In this document: piece after piece, positions 37,296-45,759 of the stretch
How positions within the stretch are numbered: the stretch's first letter is position 1
Layout: every line of letters begins with the position of its first letter
Source of the DNA: Verrucomicrobiota bacterium
GTDB lineage: Bacteria > Verrucomicrobiota > Verrucomicrobiia > Limisphaerales > JAYTXL01
Assembly: GCA_043742955.1 (NCBI GenBank)
Contig: JAYTXL010000027.1
Span: forward strand, 2,745 to 66,744
Direction: 5' to 3'
DNA: 64,000 nt
The notes under the pieces: generated by a model
Database searches by the model: none
Told to the model about the DNA's origin: nothing
What the model saw: the letters and a program-made list of their open reading frames with translations, nothing else
Program-made: the position numbers and the translations under genes

Positions 37296-38822
37296 ATGCT
37301 TGCCTGGACCATATATCTCTCGTTTCTGGGTGTGTTCGCGCTGCTGCTGCTGCCCAGGGAAGAGGCGCGCATGGCGCGCGTGACGGCGCTGCTCAGCGCG
37401 TTGGCGGGCTTGGGCGTTTCCCTCGCCGCGATTCTGCAATACCAGCCTGGGTCGGGGATTGTCACGGTCGCCAAGGCTTCCTGGGTGGCGTCGCTCGGGA
37501 TCGAATATCACCTTGCCGCCGATGGCATCAGCCTCACGCTGGTGTTGCTCACGGGGATCGCTTCGGTGGTGGGAATTTTATTTTCGTGGAATGTCGAGCA
37601 TCGCGCCCGGGAGTTCTTTGCATTTTACCTCGCTCTCATCGGCGGTGTGTATGGGGTGTTCCTAAGTTTTGACCTGTTCCTGTTGTTCGTCTTCTACGAG
37701 CTGGCGATTATCCCGAAATATTTCCTCATCGCCATCTGGGGTTCGACAAACAAGGAATATGGAGCGATGAAGCTGGCACTCTATTCCTTTGTCGGGAGCG
37801 CCCTGGTGCTCATCGGTCTGGTGGCCGCGTACGTCGTCTCTGGAGCGCACACGTTCGATTTGCTTGAGCTGGCAAAATTTCCGTTTCCGGAGGGCTTTCA
37901 ATACTGGGCATTCCCGCTGGTGTTCATCGGATTCGCCATTCTCGCGGGCTTGTGGCCCTTTCACACCTGGGCACCCACGGGCCACGTGGCCGCGCCGACG
38001 GCCGCCTCGATGCTGCTGGCCGGCGTCGTGATGAAACTCGGCGCGTATGGCTGTCTGCGCGTGGCCATGACTCTGTTCCCACTGGGGTTGGCGGCCTGGC
38101 GCCAGGAGATCGCCATCCTGGCCGTCATTGGGATCGTGTATGGCGCGATGGTGGCGCTGGTGCAGAAGGATTTCAAATTTGTGATCGGCTATTCCAGTGT
38201 GAGTCACATGGGTTTTGTGCTGCTCGGTTTGATGACGATTAATGAAATCGGCCTAAGCGGTGCGGTGTTGCAGATGTTTTCCCATGGCATCATTGCCGGT
38301 TTGCTATTCGCCGTGGTGGGCCGGATGGTTTATGAGCGCACGCACACCCGCGATTTAAATGCACTGTCAGCCATGGACCTGGGCCACGCGCTGCCCTTTG
38401 CCGCCGGCACGTTCGTGCTCGCCAGTCTGGCGTCCATGGGGCTGCCCGGCTTCAGCGGCTTTGTGGCCGAATTGTCGATCCTCTACGGAGCCTGGCAGCT
38501 CTATCCCCAGCTCGCCTTGCTGGCTGGTGGGGGGATTGTCATCGGGGTTGCCTTCATGATGCGGACGATGGTGCGCGCCTTTTTCTCGGATGAAGGCCGG
38601 GCGGGGACCTCACCGGAACTACATTTGGCGCCGGCGCAAAATGAGCCCGCCGGCGGTGCGTCACCATTTGAAACGATTTCCGTTCCCGAGCGGATTGGTG
38701 CCGCGATCCTGCTGGGCACCACGCTGGTGATCGGGTTGCAGCCGCATTTGTTGCTGGATTTGATAATGCCCAGCTTTCAATCGCCACTGATGCAGGTGCT
38801 GGTGAAGGGAGGGAGGCCGTGA
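37296..38822 (+). CDS. Second NuoM/ND4-type antiporter-like subunit (copy 2)
   Basis: 508 aa. FVFYELAIIPKYFLIAIWGSTNKEYGAMKLALYSFVGSALVLI and HTWAPTGHVAAPTAASMLLAGVVMKLG fit NuoM better than NuoN. Confidence 0.85.
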   Translation: MLAWTIYLSFLGVFALLLLPREEARMARVTALLSALAGLGVSLAAILQYQPGSGIVTVAKASWVASLGIEYHLAADGISLTLVLLTGIASVVGILFSWNVEHRAREFFAFYLALIGGVYGVFLSFDLFLLFVFYELAIIPKYFLIAIWGSTNKEYGAMKLALYSFVGSALVLIGLVAAYVVSGAHTFDLLELAKFPFPEGFQYWAFPLVFIGFAILAGLWPFHTWAPTGHVAAPTAASMLLAGVVMKLGAYGCLRVAMTLFPLGLAAWRQEIAILAVIGIVYGAMVALVQKDFKFVIGYSSVSHMGFVLLGLMTINEIGLSGAVLQMFSHGIIAGLLFAVVGRMVYERTHTRDLNALSAMDLGHALPFAAGTFVLASLASMGLPGFSGFVAELSILYGAWQLYPQLALLAGGGIVIGVAFMMRTMVRAFFSDEGRAGTSPELHLAPAQNEPAGGASPFETISVPERIGAAILLGTTLVIGLQPHLLLDLIMPSFQSPLMQVLVKGGRP

Positions 38823-40306
38823 ACTACGGAGAAATTCTCAGACTCGCCGCGCCTGAAACGATCTTGGTTTTGACCGCTTTGATCGTGTTGGGGGTGGATT
38901 TGTGGCGGGCGCACTCGCAGCCGGTGCGCCTGCGGATGCATCTGGCCGTGGCCTTGGGGGTGCTCGGGTGTGTGGCCTCCTTCCTGTGGATGTTCTATGT
39001 TCCCGCGCACGAAAATATTCTCCACGGCATGCTGGTAGTTGACCCGTTGACGCTGCTGCTCAAGCAGGCCTTGCTCGTGTTGTCGGTGTTCACCCTGATT
39101 ATTTCCTTCGAGGCGGATTTCACCGAGCACGTGGGGGAGTATGTGGGGGTGTTGCTCCTGGCGACGGTGGGCATGATGTTTCTGGTCAGTGCGGAGGATA
39201 TCCTGATGATTTTTGTCGCACTCGAACTGACCAGCCTTTCCCTCTATATTCTGACGGCCTTCAACAAACGAAACATTCACTCCGCCGAAGCGGCATTGAA
39301 GTATTTTTTGATCGGGAGCATGTCGGCGGCGTTCACCCTCTACGGTCTGAGCCTGATATATGGCCTGTCCGGTTCGACCAATCTGGTTCAGATTGCCAGC
39401 CACTTGACCGGCCAGCGGACCGATCCATTGTGGTACGCAGCCATCGTGATGACGGTGATGGGCTTCGGCTTCAAGGTCGCCGCCGTGCCGTTTCATTTGT
39501 GGGCGCCGGACGCCTATCAGGGAGCCCCGACCCCCAGTGCCGCCTTCATCGCCTCCGGCTCGAAGGTTGCCAGCTTCTTTGTCTTTGCCAAAGTCATGAG
39601 CATCGGCTTCGCCGGAGCGGAAGGCAGTGGCGCGTGGCACGCCTATGTTGCCGGTTGGATGCCGGTGATCGCCGTCCTCGCGCTGCTCTCAATGGTGCTG
39701 GGCAATCTGGCGGCCATCATGCAGACCAGCGTGAAAAGGTTGCTTGCGTATTCTGCCATCGCCCACGCCGGCTATGCCTTGCTCGGCTTGCTCGCGAACA
39801 GCCGCGCCGGCCTGGCCGCCCTGATTTATTACATCATCACATACGCGCTGACGACCGTGGGTGCGTTCGGCGTCGTGGCGCTCGTGGAGGGAAGGGGAGG
39901 GGATGATCGATTGGCGGTGTTTGCCGGCCTTGGTCGCCGGTCGCCCGGACTCGCCTTCTGCTTCATGATATTTATTTTGTCGCTGGCGGGTATTCCACCG
40001 CTGGCGGGTTTTTTCGGAAAGTTTTATGTATTTGTCGCCGTGCTTAAGGGTGATGCGCCGCACCTCGGCCTTCTCTGGCTGGTGATCCTGGCCATCGCGA
40101 TGAGCGCGGTGTCGCTCTATTATTATCTGCAACTGCTCAAGCAGGTTTATGTCCATGAGGCCCCGGCCTCGGCGGCCCCGCTGCTCACTCCGTGGCTCGC
40201 CCGCCTGGCGATTGCCCTGTTGGCACTGGCCGTGCTCGTGCTGGGCTGCGCCCCGGATCTGCTTTTGCAAACGGTGATCTCCGCGGTCCATGCCGCAAGT
40301 TGGTAG
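38819..40306 (+). CDS. nuoN: NADH-quinone oxidoreductase subunit N
   Basis: 495 aa with the ND2-type pattern FVALELTSLSLYILTAFNKRNIHSAEAALKYFLIGSMSAAFTLYG. The gene has a 4-nt overlap with the preceding gene. Confidence 0.9.
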   Translation: MNYGEILRLAAPETILVLTALIVLGVDLWRAHSQPVRLRMHLAVALGVLGCVASFLWMFYVPAHENILHGMLVVDPLTLLLKQALLVLSVFTLIISFEADFTEHVGEYVGVLLLATVGMMFLVSAEDILMIFVALELTSLSLYILTAFNKRNIHSAEAALKYFLIGSMSAAFTLYGLSLIYGLSGSTNLVQIASHLTGQRTDPLWYAAIVMTVMGFGFKVAAVPFHLWAPDAYQGAPTPSAAFIASGSKVASFFVFAKVMSIGFAGAEGSGAWHAYVAGWMPVIAVLALLSMVLGNLAAIMQTSVKRLLAYSAIAHAGYALLGLLANSRAGLAALIYYIITYALTTVGAFGVVALVEGRGGDDRLAVFAGLGRRSPGLAFCFMIFILSLAGIPPLAGFFGKFYVFVAVLKGDAPHLGLLWLVILAIAMSAVSLYYYLQLLKQVYVHEAPASAAPLLTPWLARLAIALLALAVLVLGCAPDLLLQTVISAVHAASW

Positions 40307-40364
40307 CCCCGTCCGGCAGTTTCAATGAACTCGGCGTTGTCTTTCGCCGAAATGGTGATAATTA

Positions 40365-42272
40365 TTGCGCGTGAAAAACCGAATGAACCTGAACCGCACC
40401 CGCTCATTTCTGGCGGCCACGTCCGTCATCCTCGCCCTCGCTGGCACGCCTGCCCCCGCCGCTTCGCCGACTCTGCCGGAGGGGGTGGTCAGCACTCAGG
40501 ATCCCAAGGATCAGCCGCCGTCGCCGTTGGACTCGTTGAAAAAGATCACGGTGCCGGAAGGTTTCAAGGTCACGCTCTTCGCGGGCGAACCGGACCTCAT
40601 GCAGCCGATCTCGTTTGACTTGGATGACCGCGGCCGCCTCTGGGTCGTGGAAAACTTTTCTTATCCGGATTTCAAAACCGAGAACAAGGACCGCATCATC
40701 ATTCTGACCGACCAGGATGGCGACGGACGGTTTGATGAGCGGAAAGTATTTTTGGAGAATGGCCGCCGGCTGACCAGCATTGTCAACGGCTTTGGTGGTG
40801 TCTGGGTGCTTTCTCCGCCGGAGCTGCTTTTCATTCCCGACGCGAATGGCGACGGCGTGCCCGACGGTCCGCCGGTGGTGCATCTGGATGGCTGGACGAC
40901 GAAAGCGTCGCACAACATGGTGAACGGGTTGATCTGGGGGCCGGACGGCTGGCTGTACGGGCGGCAGGGGATTCTCGTGCCCTCCCTGGTGGGCCAGCCA
41001 GGCACGCCCGAGCCGCAGCGAACCAGGGTGGGTTGCGGGGTCTGGCGTTATCATCCCACCCGCAAGATTTTTGAGATGGTGGCGGACGGCACGACGAACC
41101 CGTGGGGGATGGATTTTGACGAGCATGGCCAGGCGTTTATTTCCAACTGCGTCATCGCCCACCTGTGGCACGTGGTGCCGGGCGCCCATTGGCAGCGCAT
41201 GTTTGGTGAGGACTCAAATCCATTTTCCTACGGCTTGATGCCGGCGACGTCCGATCATTTTCACTGGGATACCCGGGAAAAGTGGAGTGATGTCCGCAAG
41301 CTGGGAGTCACGGACACCTCCAATCAGGCCGGCGGAGGTCATGCCCATGAGGGTGCGATGGTTTATTTAGGCGACAACTGGCCGGACCAATATCGCGGCA
41401 CGCTCATGATGGGCAACATCCATGGCAACCGCCTGCTCTACGACGTGCTGGAGCGAAAGGGTTCCGGTTACACGGCCCGTCACGGGAAACCGTTTTTGAT
41501 GGCCAACGATCCGTGGTTTCGCCCGATCACCATGGATTATGGCCCGGATGGCGGCGTGTTTGTCAGCGACTGGAGCGATCTCGGCGAGTGTCACGACAAC
41601 GACGGCGTGCATCGGACGAGCGGGCGGATTTATAAAATCACCTATGGCCAGCCCAAAGCGCTGGGTGATCTGAATCTGGCCCGGCTCAGCGATGCCGAGC
41701 TCGTCAAGTTGCAGCTGCACAAGAACGACTGGTATGTGCGGCATGCGCGCCGATTGCTCCAGGAACGTGCGGCGGCTGGAAAAATCAGCCCGGGAACAGC
41801 GGCGGCGTTGTTAAAAATCTTAAAGGACAATCCCGACGAGACGCGCAAGCTGCGCGCGCTATGGGCGCTGCACTCCGTGGGGCAGGCCGACGAGGGGCTG
41901 CTGTTGAAGCAACTCGACCAGAGGAGTGAACATGTCCGTTGGTGGGCGGTGCAGTTTCTGATGGAAGATAAGAAAGCATCACCCAAGGTGCTGGCCAAAT
42001 TTACGGAGCTGGCCCGCAACGATGCGTCGGCGCTCGTTCGGCTCGCTTTGTGTTCCGCGCTGCAGCGACTCCCGCTGACGGACCGCTGGGGGGTTGCGGA
42101 AGCCCTGGCCGCGCATGAAGAGGACGGCGCCGATGCGAACGTGCCGCTGATGCTGTGGTATGGCATTGAGCCGTTGGTGCCGGCTGATCGCACGCGAGCG
42201 ATTCAGTTCATGGCCAAGTGCAAGCTTCAAACCGTCCGCCAGTTCATCACTCGCCGATTGGCGGCGAATTGA
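40365..42272 (+). CDS. PVC-type 'membrane-bound dehydrogenase domain' protein with C-terminal HEAT-like repeats
   Basis: A signal peptide, then ITVPEGFKVTLFAGEPDLMQPISFDLDDRGRLWVVE (the beta-propeller glucose/sorbosone-dehydrogenase-like domain common in Planctomycetes and Verrucomicrobia). The C-terminus has HEAT-like helices (VRWWAVQFL..., ALVRLALCSALQRL). No CxxCH haem motif was seen. Confidence 0.7.
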   Translation: MRVKNRMNLNRTRSFLAATSVILALAGTPAPAASPTLPEGVVSTQDPKDQPPSPLDSLKKITVPEGFKVTLFAGEPDLMQPISFDLDDRGRLWVVENFSYPDFKTENKDRIIILTDQDGDGRFDERKVFLENGRRLTSIVNGFGGVWVLSPPELLFIPDANGDGVPDGPPVVHLDGWTTKASHNMVNGLIWGPDGWLYGRQGILVPSLVGQPGTPEPQRTRVGCGVWRYHPTRKIFEMVADGTTNPWGMDFDEHGQAFISNCVIAHLWHVVPGAHWQRMFGEDSNPFSYGLMPATSDHFHWDTREKWSDVRKLGVTDTSNQAGGGHAHEGAMVYLGDNWPDQYRGTLMMGNIHGNRLLYDVLERKGSGYTARHGKPFLMANDPWFRPITMDYGPDGGVFVSDWSDLGECHDNDGVHRTSGRIYKITYGQPKALGDLNLARLSDAELVKLQLHKNDWYVRHARRLLQERAAAGKISPGTAAALLKILKDNPDETRKLRALWALHSVGQADEGLLLKQLDQRSEHVRWWAVQFLMEDKKASPKVLAKFTELARNDASALVRLALCSALQRLPLTDRWGVAEALAAHEEDGADANVPLMLWYGIEPLVPADRTRAIQFMAKCKLQTVRQFITRRLAAN

Positions 42273-42305
42273 GCTGGTGCCGGCATTGGGTTGAACTTTA
42301 CTCCC

Positions 42306-42914
42306 ATGAAAATATTAATTTTAATTCTGGCCATTGGATTCGCCGATGCGACGTTTGGCGAAGATGCCAAACCCATTTTCGTTGAGCCTGGAAAACTTGT
42401 TGCCCAGCCCGATTTCAAGCGGCCGCTCGGTGCCGAGTGGAAGTCGCCGTACGGTTCGTGGGAGGTGAAGGACGGCGAGCTCGTCATCGCCGAGCATCCG
42501 GAGGACAAACACGCGGCGGTGCTCTGGCATCAGGTGGCGTTGCCGAGCGCGATCATTGAATGTGAGCTCCAGTTTGATGGCGGCAGCGGTTTTCTGATTG
42601 GCTGCGATGCCGCCGATCGGCATGTCGGCCGGCTGGTGGTCACGGCGAAGAACGTAAAGCTCGCGGAGGATTCCTCCGAGATCAAAGGCAAGCAGCCCGG
42701 CCAGACCCTCGACGAAACGGCGCTCGATCTGAAGCCCGGCCACTGGTATCCCGTCCGGCTCGAATGGGCTGGCGACAAGTTGGCCGCGCGCGTGGCCGGC
42801 AAGATGATCCAGGGCCAGCATCCCACCTTGTCGGCGACCAAGGCACGCTGGTGGTTTGCGGTCAGCGGTGCGAAGGTGCGGGTGCGCAATGTGAAAGTGT
42901 GGGCGGGGAAATAG
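42306..42914 (+). CDS. Secreted DUF1080 / 3-keto-disaccharide-hydrolase-like (LamG-fold) protein
   Basis: Signal MKILILILAIGFADA, GSWEVKDGELV near the N-terminus and VRVRNVKVW at the C-terminus, as in DUF1080 proteins. The call is tentative. Confidence 0.5.
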   Translation: MKILILILAIGFADATFGEDAKPIFVEPGKLVAQPDFKRPLGAEWKSPYGSWEVKDGELVIAEHPEDKHAAVLWHQVALPSAIIECELQFDGGSGFLIGCDAADRHVGRLVVTAKNVKLAEDSSEIKGKQPGQTLDETALDLKPGHWYPVRLEWAGDKLAARVAGKMIQGQHPTLSATKARWWFAVSGAKVRVRNVKVWAGK

Positions 42915-42933
42915 CGTCGCCTTTTTTCCGGGT

Positions 42934-44187
42934 TTAGGAGTGGCGCGAGGGCGTGTTCAAAAGGCGCCCCGGTTGGTCTGGAAGGAGCGGGTGGCCCGCG
43001 TCAAACCAAGCCGGCCGGCGGGCCCAGCGGAGCTTGGCGGGGGCAGAACGGGGGTTCGCATGGCATTCGGCGGGGGTGGGCCGGATGACTTCGCGGGCGA
43101 TTTCCGCGTACTGACCGGCGTGCAATCCGCCGGCCAGGGATTTTTTCACGCGCCGATCTTCCCCCGAATGAAACGTGAGAATGGCGACCCGTCCGCCGGG
43201 GTTCAGGCAGGCGGGAAGATTTCGCAGCAAGGTTTCAAGGGCGGAGAACTCGTCATTCACGGCGATGCGGAGTGCCTGGAAGACGCGTCGGATGGTGAGG
43301 ATCCGCTCGTCTTCATTGAGCCGGGGGAGGGCGATCTTGATGGCGGCGGCGAGCGACGTGGTGGAGGCAAAAACCTTTCCAGCCAGCCGGGAGGCGAGTT
43401 CGCGGGCGCGCGGTTCGTCGGAGTTTTCCATCAGCATGCTTTCCAGGTCGGCCGCCGAAATCTTTTGCAGCAGCAGCGCGGCGGACTGGCCGCGCTGCGG
43501 GTTCATGCGCATATCCAGCGGACCCTCCCGTTTCACCGAGAAGCCGCGTGTAGGATCATCGATTTGCATGGAGGAGACCCCGAGATCGGCGAGGATGACA
43601 TCAGCGCCGCCCAATATCGGAATCAATGTCTTCTCCCTCGCTCCGTTCAAGCGGGGCGAGGGTTGGGCGGTGGAAGGTGGATTTTGAAAACCGTCCGCCG
43701 CAGCTCCCGGGCCCGCTGCTCCGGTGCGGGAGGAGAAATACGCCGCCAGCACTTGCGGCAGGCCGGCGAAATTACTCCGGTAGGCGGTGAATTGTTCCGG
43801 GCCGAAACCGGCCGAGCGCAGGCGGGCCTCGGTCTTCGGCAGTTGGAGCGGATCGGCGTCCAAGCCGAGGAGGTGGCCACCGGGCGCGAGTCGGGTGAGC
43901 AACTCGCCGGCGTGTCCGCCATAGCCCAGGGTGCAATCCACGGCCAGCTCGCCGGGGCCGGGGGCGAGCGCGGCCAGGATCTCCGCAACCATGATGGGCC
44001 GGTGAGTTCCGGCGGGCGTTTTACCCGAGGCCAGCACCTTCGCCACGGTCTCGGCATAGCGCTCGGGATCGTGCTCCTTGTATTTCTCGTCGAAGCGCCG
44101 CGGGTTCCGCCCGGCGTACCGGGGTCGGCGGCGGTGCGGCGGGGTCGGCGATACGGAGGCAACAGGATTCACGGCGTTTTCGGACAT
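42934..44187 (-). CDS. rsmH: 16S rRNA (cytosine1402-N4)-methyltransferase RsmH, with N-terminal extension and internal insertion
   Basis: HRPIMVAEIL, DCTLGYGGHAGELL, ADLGVSSMQIDDPTRGFS and FHSGEDRRVK. The length is 417 aa, against the ~310 usual. Confidence 0.9.
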   Translation of the reverse strand: MSENAVNPVASVSPTPPHRRRPRYAGRNPRRFDEKYKEHDPERYAETVAKVLASGKTPAGTHRPIMVAEILAALAPGPGELAVDCTLGYGGHAGELLTRLAPGGHLLGLDADPLQLPKTEARLRSAGFGPEQFTAYRSNFAGLPQVLAAYFSSRTGAAGPGAAADGFQNPPSTAQPSPRLNGAREKTLIPILGGADVILADLGVSSMQIDDPTRGFSVKREGPLDMRMNPQRGQSAALLLQKISAADLESMLMENSDEPRARELASRLAGKVFASTTSLAAAIKIALPRLNEDERILTIRRVFQALRIAVNDEFSALETLLRNLPACLNPGGRVAILTFHSGEDRRVKKSLAGGLHAGQYAEIAREVIRPTPAECHANPRSAPAKLRWARRPAWFDAGHPLLPDQPGRLLNTPSRHS

Positions 44188-44264
44188 TGGAGGAAAACCT
44201 ACCCGAGCGATACAAATTGCGCGAGAAAGTTTCCCCCGCGGTTAAGTTCAGGTAATTTGCCCGG

Positions 44265-45530
44265 ATGAATGTGCGGCGTATCATCGTGGTGGGGGGCGGG
44301 GCGGCGGGATTTTTTGCCGCCATCACGTGCGCGGAGGCCGATCCGGATGCGGAAGTGATAATTCTGGAACGCGGGCCGCAATTTCTTTCCAAAGTGCGCA
44401 TCTCCGGTGGCGGGCGTTGCAATGTGACCCACGCCTGTTTTGAGCCGCGCGAGTTGACCACGCGTTTTCCACGGGGCGAACGAGCCCTGATCGCGCCGTT
44501 CCAACGCTTTCAGGCGCGCGACACGGTCGCGTGGTTTGCACGGCGCGGTGTGGAGCTGAAGGTTGAGGCGGACGGGCGCATGTTCCCGACGACGGATTCG
44601 TCCCAAACGATTATTGACTGTCTCCTGCAGGCGGCCAATGCGGCGGGGGTGAAGCTGCGTCCCAACGCGGGGGTGGCCGACGTGGTGCGTGTGCCGCGGG
44701 GCGGATTTGAAGTGCAATTGGAAAGTGGTCCGGCGGCTGCCGGCGCGACGGGTGAGCGACTCGTGGCGGATCGACTCTTGCTGGCCACCGGCGGTTGCCG
44801 GGCAGCGGTGGCGGGCCAACTGGCGGTTACGCTCGGTCACACCCTCGAACCTCCTGTCCCGTCGCTCTTCACCTTTCACATCGAAACGGCCTGGCTGCGC
44901 GCGTTGGCGGGGACCTCGGTGGCAACGGTTGAAGCATCGGTGCCGGGCGCGGGCTTGCGGGAGCGGGGGCCTTTGCTCCTCACGCACTGGGGATTGAGCG
45001 GGCCGGTGATTTTGCGTTTGTCGGCCTGGGGCGCGCGGGCGCTGCATGATTTCAACTACCGTTTCATTTTGCAGGTGAACTGGCTTCCGCCGCTCAACCC
45101 GGAGCAAGTCGATGCCGAGCTGCGCGCGCGGCGCCAGGCGCAGCCCGCCCGATTGGTGGTCAACACGCCGGTGGCGCCGTTGTCCGCGCGGTTGTGGGAA
45201 CAACTGGTTCAGGCCGCGGGAATTTCGCGCGCCACCCGCTGGGCGGTGCTGTCGAAGGCAGCGCAGCATCACCTCGTGCAGCAATTGGTGCGGACGGAAT
45301 TTCAAGTCTCCGGCAAGAGCCTGAACAAGGATGAGTTTGTCACCTGCGGCGGCGTGCGTTTGGGGGAGGTGAATTTCAAGACCATGGAAAGCCGACTTTG
45401 TCCGGGTCTGTATTTCGCCGGGGAATTGCTCGATATCGACGGGATCACCGGCGGCTTCAATTTTCAATCCGCCTGGACCACGGGTTGGATTGCCGGGCAG
45501 GCCATGGCCGGGGAGCGAGCCAGCGGGTAG
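44265..45530 (+). CDS. HI0933/BaiN-like FAD-dependent oxidoreductase
   Basis: IIVVGGGAAGFFAAI (dinucleotide-binding motif), RISGGGRCNVTHA and the C-terminal GELLDIDGITGGFNFQ. Confidence 0.85.
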   Translation: MNVRRIIVVGGGAAGFFAAITCAEADPDAEVIILERGPQFLSKVRISGGGRCNVTHACFEPRELTTRFPRGERALIAPFQRFQARDTVAWFARRGVELKVEADGRMFPTTDSSQTIIDCLLQAANAAGVKLRPNAGVADVVRVPRGGFEVQLESGPAAAGATGERLVADRLLLATGGCRAAVAGQLAVTLGHTLEPPVPSLFTFHIETAWLRALAGTSVATVEASVPGAGLRERGPLLLTHWGLSGPVILRLSAWGARALHDFNYRFILQVNWLPPLNPEQVDAELRARRQAQPARLVVNTPVAPLSARLWEQLVQAAGISRATRWAVLSKAAQHHLVQQLVRTEFQVSGKSLNKDEFVTCGGVRLGEVNFKTMESRLCPGLYFAGELLDIDGITGGFNFQSAWTTGWIAGQAMAGERASG

Positions 45531-45759
45531 CGGAAGATGCGGGTTGTGGTGAATCGTCAGCCCGGCGGGATCAGCAGCGCCGCCGGTTCGTGTCCGGGAG
45601 ACCTTCGCCGGCGGGTGGCGGGCGGCGGGCGAACCCCTCGCCAGAGGGTCGCCCGAAGAGGCCCCGCAAAAAGGGTGGATGATCTGCCAAAAACCGGTGA
45701 GCCACGCGAGCGGATCGTCCTTTAAGTAAAGGCAGATCCCAAATTGAGAAAGGCAGATT

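Noticed and set aside
35653-39640. Minus-strand ORFs over nuoM/nuoM'/nuoN (35653-36378, 37662-38207, 38777-39640)
   Set aside because: They are antisense to polytopic antiporter-like subunits with clear motifs. Their products are hydrophilic and Arg/Gln/His-rich, so they are shadow ORFs.
42940-44268. 442-aa plus-strand ORF
   Set aside because: It is antisense to rsmH, whose SAM-methyltransferase motifs are clear. The ORF itself has no motifs and its composition is biased.
44199-45467. 422-aa minus-strand ORF
   Set aside because: It is antisense to the HI0933-like flavoprotein (GGGAAG and GGGRCN motifs). Its Arg-rich composition marks it as a shadow ORF.
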